A DNA stretch of 64,000 nucleotides, taken from positions 1,054,001 to 1,118,000 of the forward strand of contig CATNEN010000025.1 in assembly GCA_950097015.1 (NCBI GenBank), written 5' to 3'. The position numbers and the translations under genes are program-made. The notes below the pieces were generated by a model. That model did no database searches, was not told the DNA's origin, and saw nothing but the letters and a program-made list of their open reading frames with translations. This document shows, piece by piece, positions 1-64,000 of the stretch; position 1 is the first letter of the stretch; every line of letters starts with the position of its first letter. The stretch comes from Macrostomum hystrix (lineage: Eukaryota; Animalia; Platyhelminthes).

Positions 1-52782
<52,782 letters not shown>

Positions 52783-55529
52783 AGCCCGTGTAGGAAGTAC
52801 GCCAGTACAGTCTGTAGTTTTTCTATCGATTACTGAAATTTAAAATCGCTCTGAGAACCCAAAGGTGCTGATTATGTCTTTTGAGCACTGCAAGTAAGCT
52901 TTCCTTCGGAGACTGTTCAGCTTAATTTGACTATAGAAAAAACTGCCACAAGCCTGCCGATATTGACCTAAAAAACTTGTACTTTAACTGTCTATTTAAG
53001 TTGCCGATTTTACTCATCCATTTATACTCGTATTTTCTATTCCTTAATTTAGCCTCCACGGCCATGTTAATTGAGCTCGCTAAAATGTGTATATACTTGA
53101 CTCCTTATTTGGTTTTCCTCTTATTGGAAATATCTGAGCAATTATCTGGAAAACTCTATTTACCCTCTGTGACTCAGTATTCCCGCCTGCTTTGCGAAAT
53201 TGCGTCGAATCCAAAGCTTTTGTGGAGCTTCTTGTTGATTTTAATGGCACTTTAGATAGATCGATACTGAGGCACTTCTTGGTTTTCTGTTTAGGTATAT
53301 TGTGTGGAACAGTTTTACTTTTCATTGCTAGTTCACAATTATTTTCGAAATATTCTAAATAGCTCGTAATGCTACTTTACACTGGTAAATACAGGTAGTT
53401 AGCCTCGATACATCTATCTATTCGTTTATCTCACACATCATAAATGTTATATTCTCATTCTCCTTGGTGTCGCTGTCAGTGCCAAAAGCACAGGTGTAAA
53501 CAAATTTAGCGCTAAATTATTACAAAACCTGTCATACATGCATGGTGAGAATTTTGTATTTCACACTGCAAACTCATAAATACGATTATGAACCATAGAT
53601 TCGGTATGGGAAAATATTTTTGTTCTCCCCTGTTGTTAATTCACACAGTAGTTACTATAAAAATACGCTTTCTATCCTGCGATTTAATAATTAAAGTGCT
53701 ATTTTTTAGACTTTTGTTCCATCAGTTTAAGATGCTCCATGTAGCTATACAATGTGATTATAATTTTACTTTAAGTAATTGTAATATGTATGATTTTATA
53801 ATAATATATTAAATCTCGTGTAAAGTATGGTATGTGCGCCCAAAATGTCTGTTTACCTATTCGCCTAGCAAAACAAATGAATAATAAACCGATATTCGCA
53901 TATTTTTTGTTTCCTTTTCTACCTTATGCTTGGCATCTTTATCCCAGTAAAATAGCATAACAATGTAGTAAAATTCCTACTTCGCGATTAAATAATGTTT
54001 TTTTACTATCCGATTTTATGAATCCATCTTGATTATTGATTTTATTTCCATAGTTACAAGCTCTTGTAAAAATACTTGATTGACTGCTGCATAAAATGAT
54101 ACTATATCGGCTTATTGTTCTCGCCACTCAAAATAGACGCTTTATTTTAAGAATAATATGTTAATTCTTAACATAAATAATCCGATTCAAACCATAATTT
54201 TAGTTCTTATCTACGAACGAAAACAATCCATACAAAAAGGAAATAATTCATTTACCAGAGAAAAAAAGTACACAAAAGAACACATGTTTTTTAACCCTAG
54301 GAAAATTCCTCTGCCAGCCCGAATGCATGAGAGCTTCGGCTGACGTGTAAAAGCGGGCGGGACCCGTTAGACGGGTCAGTGTTTTACCCCAACTGTTTTA
54401 CCCCGACGAGGTCCCACGAAAATAAAATCAAGATTGAACTATATAGAAAGTACGTACTACAGAACTATTCAGGATTCTTAACCATTTTAATAACTCATTA
54501 TATATTTTAAATTTAAAGTTCAAGACATAAGAAAAACAATAGAAAGAGGATAAAAGAAGTTATTGTTTTAATATGGTGTGTGCAGTTTCTTTTTAATATG
54601 GCGCAAATTTAATTCATCCGTCAATAAGCGCTATTTAAAATAACCAAATGTAGGCGTTTACAAATTGATTTATAATTTGTAGCAAAAAAATTGGCAAAGC
54701 AGGCTGCTTGCCTTAGCCAACACCCTACTACTACTGAGTCACTTGATGCTCAAACCCTGCATTTATACATTTTTTGTTTTCTGTTTCTGTTTATCGTTTA
54801 TTTTTTCTTTTTTAGTGGGAATAGGGGCATACAAAAAACATGTTCTTGTGCATTTTCACGAGTCCCTTCATATTTTTGTACTTAGTATGTACTTACAGAA
54901 ACTTTATTTATCGTTACTTATTCTATACAGTTTATCTTCACTACTACTGCCTCTATACTAATTTTCTTTGTTAAAGCAATTGTTTATGCAAATCACTATA
55001 CTGCACCTGCACACAGTGTTTTTACTCAACAGGTTCCCAAAATTTTCTGGCTGTTTCCTGTTTGAAAGAATCTTCAACTAGTGTCAGCGCTGGTTGTGCC
55101 TGGGAGGCCTTGGGCTGCAATTGGTGTACCCAAGGCCAGGCAGATTGTGCATGTTTAACTCTCCATTATGTATATGATGTCTAGCACTCGTTTGTGAAAA
55201 TGTAGCCTATTTTCATCATCATTGTGTATTTGGCTGAAGTTGGGATATAGAAACGTTTGTAACCTCTCTCTTTGCTTTTTGGACTCCAATTTATCTGTAG
55301 CTTCCTCCATACATGCGCAACACCCGGCCAACCCAGCCAAACCGGCCGGGTGAAACGAGGGCCAAGCAAGGTAAGTCGCAAAAACCAATCAACCAAGCGC
55401 AAAAAAATCAAAGGGGGGACCAAGGGACAAAAAAGGAAGGCGTGAAGAAAAGGAAAAAGGGGAGAGAAAAAGAGAGCAAAGGAGAGCAAACTAAGTCATA
55501 AATAGAGCAACGAAAGGAACTGAGAGCAA

Positions 55530-56250
55530 AAACTAAGTCACACAGCCGGCTAAGATTTGGGAGGTTGCGCATGTATGAGCTTCCTCCATGACAATGCAGG
55601 TTTTTCCTCTGCCTTCCATTAGAGTGAAGGCACCAACTGGCAAAACTTTCTTGATGGTCAGGTCTCTGTTCAAGTTAGAGTTAATAAAATTGATGTACAT
55701 GCCCTTATTATTTATTAAATCAACTGTTCTAGCGACCAAGAGTCCTGGTATTCTTTTGTTTGACTCAACTAGGCCTGGCACCATTGACTAAGTTGACATC
55801 TTTGGTGCAATAGGAATAGTTGCAGATTGTCCTAGTGATAGAGAGACAGTTTCATTTGCAATGATCATGCAGCTTTTCTGAACTTCAGTAGTTTTTCTGG
55901 TGGGGGAACTTCTGTTTTTAATATTGAATGTAATGATGTCTTACACTGGATAAATAGATACATTGAAACCAGTAAAGATAATTGCATCCTAAGATAATTA
56001 AATGCTACATGTCCTTGCAGATGCTGACAGACAATATCTCCAAAACTAAATTTAACTGACATTTATCCTAAAACAGAAAGCCACAGTGTTCAAATTTACT
56101 GCTCTATTTCTATGACATGCAGGTGACACAAGCTTGCTTTTGCTATGTAACTCATATATGGATGTATTGGTATTGCAAATGTATGTCAGGATATGAATAT
56201 GATATAAAAATGCAAACAGTTAATATTTTGGATTAGTGCATGATAAAAAA
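55530..56250 (-). mobile_element. Degenerate Gypsy-like LTR retrotransposon pol fragment (protease C-terminus and linker)
   Basis: Minus-strand HLIILGCNYL (protease ILGxDFL-like), ETVSLSLGQSATIPI and LLVARTVD...INFIN...TIKKVLPVG (post-protease linker-like), with in-frame stops. Confidence 0.5.
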
Positions 56251-57899
56251 CAGAAATACCACAACAATAAAGAGAAGTGAGATAAAAAATAATGGAAATA
56301 AATAATTGCAAAAGGCAGATATAAAAACAATGCAATTTAATTAAATTAATTAATTAACTAATTGTTGTGGTTGTATCAAGGGCAATCAAGACTCAGGAGT
56401 CAAGAATCTCTAAGACCCAATAATCAGTAGAATTGCTTGATTTAACTCAGCCCTAACCTAGTAACAAAAGTATAAGCATATCTGTATTTTGTTCAATTAA
56501 TTGTCCACTTCAGTAACAACTGGGGAACTGCTTTGGCCATAACATTGATGACAATTACAATTACAAAAGCTACAATTAATAGCTTTTAGTAGTAAATGTA
56601 AAAAATTGAATGTTTAGTAAAGTTCCACCAAAACTAAAATTTTCAGTATCTCCAAATTTTTCCTATAGCCTATCCAGATTCCATATTCATATCCTTTGTT
56701 AGTACCTTTGTTATTAATCTTGTGATATCCTGTCTGTCTTGACTTTACACCTCCAACAGTCAATAGACTGTGAAAAACCCTTCAGCACAATTTTCCCATG
56801 GCATTAAAATTTCTGAAGGGCTTGAGTACCAAACACCAAGGAATTAAGACTGCCTATAAGAGGTTATAGGCAGATATAATATTAAGTAATTTTAGGCTGT
56901 CTGAAGTGTCTTCTCATATATTCTTTGTCATTGGCCCTCATTAGGCTCTCTGCATCTGGTCACAGCCATCCACGTATCCCTATAATCATCTCATGTAGCA
57001 TTGAGATCTTTAGGGGCTTGAATTTGTATAGAATTTTCATGTTTATTTCAATATATCTTTCTATAGTTTCTTGTTCTCTCTTTTGTCTTTGTGCTATTTG
57101 TTTTACTTGCTTCAGTGCAACCTATATTTGAGAACTTAAGATGCGGAAACAAGAAGTTCCCATAACCATATCCATATCTGTAACTTTTGTCCAAAAAGCT
57201 CCATATCCATAACTTTCTGTAGCCATATCCATAGCTACAGCAGAAATATAATAGTTAGGCCTAGTGATATATTTTCATTTATTTAAAAATCATCTTACAG
57301 TTTAAGTGTCTTTGAAAGTTCTACTGTCACATAAAATTACAAAAATTTTAGTTTATGGTTACATCCAGCAAAGTGACTGTTAAAAAATGCCATTAGGTTT
57401 TCTTTGGAAGTATGTCTGGCAAAAGTACTTGACATGTAAGAGCATTTATAACTGGGCTAGATTTAAGACCATATGTACTAAATAATTTGTTACCAAAGTG
57501 GACTGTTACCTATTTCATCAATAGCTAAAATTAAGTATTAAAAATATGGTGATCCTATCTTTTTTCTGACAAAGTGAATCTATTTTATTCTCTATAGTAG
57601 GAGTATATAGGCCTAGCTTCAGACAGACATTCAGTGTCTTATACTGTTCTGCTTAAGGACAACAATAGTTATTATAGAGAGAAAAAAGTTATTAATATAT
57701 ACAAACTTAACATGAACAGCTTTTGTATTCAATAAGATTTATATATTTGTGTTATAGTTAAAACGGCTTGTAATGCTGTGTATAAACTTATTTAAATATT
57801 TATCATTTAAGTATAAAAGTAACTAAATTCTAGTGAATTGGAAGTTAAACATGTACAGGAATATTAGTCAAAGCTATTAGTAAATTGTCCATGTTTTCA

Positions 57900-58400
57900 C
57901 AACCTAAGAGGTGTGCTTCAGATCAACTGCCAATTTTTCACTGCAATCAGTAGCAGCACATCTACTGCCTCTGATAGCCCTCAATGTGAGTTATTGGCCC
58001 AGGTCCAGCTCTGAAGAATGCAGCCCACACCATGGCATTGCCACCTCTATTTTTCATATTCTTCATAGGTGTACCAATGGTGGACCTGTGATCGAATTCT
58101 TCGCCAGCAAGAAAAATTGCTCTTATCACTCCAGATGACCTTGACCCAGTCCTGAGTTGTCCAGATGGCATGCTGCTTTGGCCAGTTCAAGCACTTCTTT
58201 CTACCAGTTTTGTCCAACAAAATGTTTTCTAGCAATGTAGCCATGCAGTCTTGCAGCTACCAGGTAGCAGCTGTCAGCAGACAGTCATGGGGTGCAGCTG
58301 GGCTTTCCCAGCTGCGTGGCCACGGCTTGCTGGGATAATAATTGTTCAAACATGGCCTTGATTTTCATACACAACTCAGACAAGAGAGCTCTGAACTTTT
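57900..58400 (-). mobile_element. Tc1/mariner transposase relic
   Basis: RKKCLNWPKQHAIWTTQDWVKVIWSDKSNF and KNRGGNAMVWAAFFRAGPGPITHIEG in different frames, matching Tc1 W..V.WSDESKF and KHGGGSVMVWG motifs. Confidence 0.8.
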
Positions 58401-58944
58401 TGTTGTAAAGTTCAAGATAATTTTGTATTAACTAGTTATACTTGAAGAGACTTGCAGAATCAGCATTAGTTTTTTTAAAGCATTTGTACCAAAATAGTGA
58501 TGTGGTCTTATTACTCTGTAAAATTAATCACACTCAATTGCTAATAATTACTCAACAAATCACTTAGTTTAATTGTTCAGTACCATGGTTATAAATGACT
58601 GATTAGATTCAGATACTCCCCTGGTCTGTGTAGGTAATAAAAGAAAGGTATTAGCTATTTTGTTTTAATTTATCTGTTATGTTATTATACTCGTAAGTCA
58701 TTAGGATTTCAATATCTGTGTCTATTAGCATGCAAGCTTTTTAACCTGCATTGAAAAACATTAAGCATAAAAAACCAAGGCTCTAAGAATTTTTAAATTT
58801 GAAAAGTGAATATGTTACTACTTAAAAAATATTACAACTGGTGGTTTATAGAAGTATCTGCTTTAATTTGACAGCTGGCTGTCGCTTATCATCATTTTCA
58901 GAGATTAATTAGCATATCCAACAGCCGCTGAAAGCTAACAGACA

Positions 58945-60574
58945 ATGCCGCCACCATCGAAGCCGAACCAGAAGACCCAGAAGAAGCCGTTGCCGCCAAT
59001 TGTGGACATAGAAGACAAAGAAGAATACACTGGCGACCGGCCATTCTGTGTCTATTATTGCATGTGCGGTCAGCTGGCGCTCATCATTGACTGTCCGATC
59101 GAGCGACTGCCGCAGCGACCGCGCGACGGCTCGCGGGTGCTGGACAGAAAGCGGCGCGTCTATAAGGCACACTTTGATCCGGTATGCGCTTCGGTGATCC
59201 ACATTTTGGGAATTTTCCTAATAAGATCCTGTTCCATCAAGTCAGGCTAGCAAAATTTCTTAATAAAATTCAATAAAATTCCATAATTCCATCTGGCCCA
59301 ACCACAATAGAGTTTTCAATCCATTTAACTCAAGCTTCTGTTATCCCTTTTCATAATCCTAATTCTTCTAATTCAGGCTAACAAAAAATCCAATTCCAGT
59401 TTCTAAATCCCGATTTTTAGGAGTTAATTTTTCCATAATCCAAGCTTTATAACAGAACTAAAGCTTTACATTGTGACATTTTGTGACATCTAAACAAGGC
59501 CCATCGAGAGGAGGCCCTGATTCGCTGGCCAGACGACTCCACAGTTGAACGCCAGATCAGGCGCCGATGCAAGCGCTGCGCCCTGCCGCTTTTCTATCAG
59601 CATCCGGACGAGCTGGGCCGTCTAGACCCGGCCAGGCCGGCCTTCCTACTGCCCGACGCTGTTCGGGAGACTGTTGGAAATCCAGCCGAAGGCGGCGCCG
59701 CCACCGCCAGTATGACGGCCAGCGCCGAGGCCATTGTTGGCCGACTAAATCAGGACAAAAAGGTAATTCAATTAGACTATAGCTTCCTAAATAGGCATAT
59801 AGTTGAAGGTGTGGGTCACTGAAGGATCAAAGGATAAGGTTCAGTTGTAGGTCACTGAAGGATCGGGGAATAAGGTTCAATTGTAGGTCACTTATGGATC
59901 ATCAGGGAATAAGGTTCAATTGTAGGTCACTTATGGATCATCAGGGAATAAGGTTCAGTTGTAGGTCACTGATGGATCATCAGGGAATAAGGTTCAGTTG
60001 TAGGTCACTGATGGATCATCAGGGAATAAGGTTCAGTTGTAGGTCACTGATGGATCATCAGGGAATAAGGTTCAGTTGTAGGTCACTGAAGGATCAGGAA
60101 ATAAGGTTCAGCTGTAGGTCACTGAAGGATCGGTGGATAAGGTTCAGCTGTAGGTCACTGAAGGATCGGTGGATAAGGTTCAGCTGTAGGTCACTGAAGG
60201 ATCGGTGGATAAGGTTCAGCTGTAGGTCACTGAAGGATCGGTGGATAAGGTTCAGTTCTTGGTTGAATGTCCTTCGAAGAGTGTTTATGTGTGATCCCAT
60301 TGGTAACCACCTAACCAACCTAACCGCATGGCAGGTGATGCTAACCAGACGTCGACGAGACATGGGCAAATTCTCCTCGGTGACGGTGTCCACCATCGAG
60401 GCCGATCAGGAGGAAGTGGAGGCTCGGGAGATCGCCGACTCCTACGCGGCTAACGCGCGTATTGTTGAGAAGCAGCTGTTACGCAAAGGTGTGATCAGAA
60501 AGCGCCTGGTTGAGGAACGGAATCAGGACGCTCAAGCTAAGCGGCAGGCCAGGGGTACGCTTATCGACTACTGA
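58945..60574 (+). CDS. STEEP1: STING ER exit protein (UPF0428/CXorf56 family), 246 aa
   Basis: Exons 58945-59181, 59499-59762, 60335-60574, all phase 0. Motifs [15 protein letters not shown]...[42 protein letters not shown]...[13 protein letters not shown]...GTLID match CXorf56. Confidence 0.92.
59815..60255. repeat. Minisatellite (about 36-39 bp units) in STEEP1 intron 2
   Basis: aggttcagttgtaggtcactga(t/a)ggatc... tandem copies. Confidence 0.93.
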
Positions 60575-60834
60575 GGACTCGCCTTGTCTCTAACTGTGCT
60601 CAGCTTCTTCGTGCTTGTGCTAATCTGTCGTCTTATTGAGTACATTATTCACTCTAGTATAGCTTAGCGTACAAAACTTTGCTGTACATTTCATGTAAAC
60701 TCGATATCCCATGATAAATAGCTTAATCCTTAAATTATTAACACGATTTCAGCCACCTTTGCAGCCACCTAAATTCCGTAAGAATTGTTCCTTTAGACCA
60801 TTCTTAATATTTTTAGGATTTCTCAATTCGTATA

Positions 60835-61010
60835 GAGTCGTCTCAATCTAATTAGAATCGTCTCAATCCCATAAAAGTCGTCTCAATCCCATGATAATAG
60901 TCTCAATCCTTTTCGAATCGTCTAAATCCTTCTAGAGTTGTCTCAATCATTCTAGAATAGCCTCAATCCCTTTAGAATCGTCTCAATCTTTTAGAATCGT
61001 CTCAATTCCA
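60835..61010. repeat. Degenerate ~21-bp repeat gtctcaatcc...agaatc
   Basis: Several diverged copies downstream of STEEP1. Confidence 0.75.
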
Positions 61011-61563
61011 TTATGAGGATAAAACTATATTTTGTAAGTTTTTTATATCATTTGAAGGGCGTCACGCCTACAAAAACTATGAATTTATAATTCTGTGTAT
61101 ATCTAATTGCGTCTGTAAATAAACAATTACAGTTTAATAAATGAAATGAACCCAAATAGTTAGCAACTGCAACTGGTGATTCCTTAGAAATAATTATGTT
61201 ATTAATTTGATAGCTTTCGAGTGTCTTTTCGAGTGGGAATTTATTTAATGCCCATTATTGGACATAAATTTATTTAGTTAGAGAAGCTAGGTCTACCACA
61301 AATGCAGTTTTTGTACATTTATAGAAGCGGCATTCAAATCAATGAATGTACGTTTACAAACCGTTCTTATGTTTCATGCTACACATTTATGGGATGTGTG
61401 TTCAAGCTTGTCAACATATTTAGATAAGCATGACCCAGGCCACGTACCTATGTATCTCGTTTATTCCCATTTGTATTGATAAGGCACTGCGCCCTGGATT
61501 CAATTTATAAACAGGCTGTTGTGAGGCAAATTGATTGAAGAGCAGAATTCGTAGCGAAAGATA

Positions 61564-61788
61564 ATGGCTAACTTATGTCCAGGCCTGCTATGGGCGCTAA
61601 TCTGGTTCCTGGCGCTGATAATTCTAGCCTGGCCAATATCCTACCTCATAGCATTCGTCTACATCCTGCTGCTCCCTTTCTCGGCCTGCGTGGCGGTCCT
61701 CAAACCGGTGTGCGACACACTTCTGGGCGTGATTAACCTCTGTCTGAACTGCGCTGAGAACATGATCGCCATGAAGCCGATCTTTTAA
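61564..61788 (+). CDS. 74-aa intronless hydrophobic membrane microprotein, uncharacterised
   Basis: GC-rich ORF within AT-rich flanks; long hydrophobic segment LLWALIWFLALIILAWPISYLIAFVYILLLPF and a Cys-rich tail; TATAAA about 55 bp upstream. Confidence 0.7.
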   Translation: MANLCPGLLWALIWFLALIILAWPISYLIAFVYILLLPFSACVAVLKPVCDTLLGVINLCLNCAENMIAMKPIF

Positions 61789-62875
61789 TTCGGATTTAGA
61801 TTTACTTTATTATCCGCCAAATTTTATAGACAGTGCTATAAAAGTGTCATTTACGAAGACGTCTTTACCCGCGAAGTGCCATGGGATTGTTGTATTGTTA
61901 GAAGTAAACTTTTGGTACTCCTATTTACATTGAAAGCTAAGACTTAGTTGAAAGCTTAGTTGGCTTTAACCGGTAGCTTTTTCATTAAGTTTGAAAAGTT
62001 CGTGCTATAGTTTATCCACTTTACGCACTCGAACTCATTTCGTCTCCTGCTTTTAGTTTTATTACTTCTAGTTCCCAAAAATATACTTCTTAAAAATTAG
62101 GTTTATCCACAAGGCATAAGCCTTGAAAAAATCTAAGCTATTGTCATTTTATTCCATTCTGCTAGAAAAATACGAATATGGAAATGTGAAGTTATAAAAA
62201 ATCGTTGCGTCTTTAAAATACCCAAAAAATTGGGTATCGTTCTTTCAAAATATCTGCTTTCCAGAAATGACCGGTTTCGGATCGATATTAAAATAAACCT
62301 AATATTTTAACGAGGCCTGAAATAACAAGTGCAATTATTAACATTTTAACGGAGTTTTTATAGCACGTAACTACATATACTCATACTACATTGAAGTTTG
62401 AACTTACATTTATTAATTAGTTTTAGTTATTGTTTAATCCGGAAGAAAATAAGTACACGAACGCAAAACTAGAAATATCAAGTTCTAAAGGTCTGCAATA
62501 GCAAAAGTGGTATGAGTGTTGGCACTGATTACAATGCGTTAATATATAAAGGCCTATACGTTTATTGATTTCCTGTAGCCTATACTAAAATATTTTTACT
62601 ATAAATTTGTGCAATCACATTGTAATCTAACATTCTAACATTATAAGAACTAGGGCAAAACCCTAGCCTAGGTCCTCGTTTCTCGGGTTAAATTATTTGT
62701 GGGTTTGTAAAACCATGCTGAAAGTTAAGAGGCAAGTTAGCCTGGATGATTTAAAGCTAAGCAGAGTAGTGGTTAATGGCTAACCGAGTAGGCGAAGTTG
62801 CTGAAATACTTCTCATGTATAGGATAGGTTGTATGTTGCTATGTCATCAAGGTCATTTGGTCAGCAAAGTGTAGG

Positions 62876-63219
62876 GGTCCCAGGTCATTTCGGTGACAAG
62901 ACATTTCGGTGACAGTCATTTCGGTGACAACTCAAGTCGTTTCGGTGACAGAATTGGTCAGTTTAATGACAACTATTCTTGCACCTGAATATGCTTAGAA
63001 AACAGCCTTCCATGTGAACTAATCATTATTATTCATCATTATTTAATAATACTTAATAGGTGTGCGTAGTTCACATGGAAGGCTGTTTTCTACGCACATG
63101 GAACTGGAAGGCTGTTTCCTAAGCATATTCAGGTGCAAGAATAGTTGTCACCGAACTGACCCATTTTGTCACCGAAACGATGTCACCGAAATGTCTTGTC
63201 ACCGAAATGACCTGGGACC
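62876..63219. mobile_element. MITE/foldback element, 344 bp, with 8-bp target-site duplication
   Basis: Long terminal inverted repeats ggtcccaggtcatttcggtgacaagac... / ...gtcttgtcaccgaaatgacctgggacc with tttcggtgac subrepeats; AGTGTAGG on both flanks (62868-62875, 63220-63227). Confidence 0.88.
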
Positions 63220-64000
63220 AGTGTAGGCTATGGATTTATATGTCCATGTCCTATAGGCCCTAGTTGAAATGTGTCCTATGTTGGCCTCCCAGCCAGGCAA
63301 CCATCAGTGAGAAGTTTTATACTAGGTAGGACATACCTTAGCTAGGCCTACCTGCTGAATACTAGGCTTTAGCCTAGTGTATTAGCAATTTGGTTGAAAC
63401 CATTGACTAGGCCTATTGTGTAGTTAGCTTAGCTAGGTAAATTTTATAGTAGGGCCTAGCTAGGCCTACCATATGTAGGCAGTGCTATATACTAGGCTAA
63501 AAGTATTAATCTAGATCAAATCACAGTGATTTACATCTGATTATTGTCATAGTTTGGCAGTTAGGCCTAGTTGTGCAACTTGAACATAAGATTATTGGAA
63601 TTAAGCAGCAAGAACAATAGACATTGTAATCTGGTAACCGGTTGTTTTGGCCATAGGCATTTCGGCCAAAAGCCGTTTTGGCCTCAAACTGTTTCGGCCT
63701 CAAACCAGTTCGGCCCCAAACTCACAACATAATTTTTTAAAGCAGTATTCTTACGGCTAATTTCTAATTTATTTAAGAGTTGTTTATTTTATTTGATAGT
63801 GACAATGGAAAGCACGAATTTGACTTTTAGTTTTACAATGGCAAATAATTTTATTTTAGTATTTGCGCAGTATAAAAGTAATAAAAGAAGAGGACTTGGT
63901 ATTTTGTGTATAAATGTAAAAACGCAATGGCCCAGACAGTGACCTATCGAATTTAGTAAATGGATATTCTAATTGGGGATATGTTTATCCCCCATAATAT

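Noticed and set aside
54340-54430. GC-rich island with a GACCCG/CGGGTC hairpin and CCGACGA...CGAAA
   Set aside because: It lacks the invariant CUGA core and a pairing stem I, and has no terminal CTAG for a Helitron end. Left unassigned.

Overview
Eukaryotic (metazoan, invertebrate) genomic DNA. GC-rich exons, AT-rich minisatellite-packed introns and tRNA-derived SINEs suggest a free-living flatworm such as Macrostomum (inference from style only). Most of the window (<1-52782, + strand) is one large unc-13/Munc13 synaptic vesicle priming gene, reconstructed exon by exon with matching splice phases: Pro-rich exon, calmodulin-binding exon, C1, C2B, MUN, C2C. It shows several signs of isoform complexity: a pair of duplicated 128-nt exons encoding two versions of C2B Ca2+-binding loop 3 (candidate mutually exclusive exons), a ~900-codon alternative first exon behind a TATA box, a possible internal promoter for a MUN-C2C-only form, and an inverted minisatellite pair bracketing three late exons. 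Two tandem three-exon RBR (RING1-IBR-RING2) E3 ligase paralogs lie antisense inside the first visible unc-13 intron and show patchy near-identity (gene-conversion-like). Downstream are Gypsy and Tc1 relics, a three-exon STEEP1/CXorf56 ortholog, a 74-aa intronless membrane microprotein ORF and a MITE with an 8-bp target-site duplication. Several +1 frameshifts in otherwise intact coding exons look like long-read assembly errors. All homologies are from recalled sequence knowledge; no database search was run.
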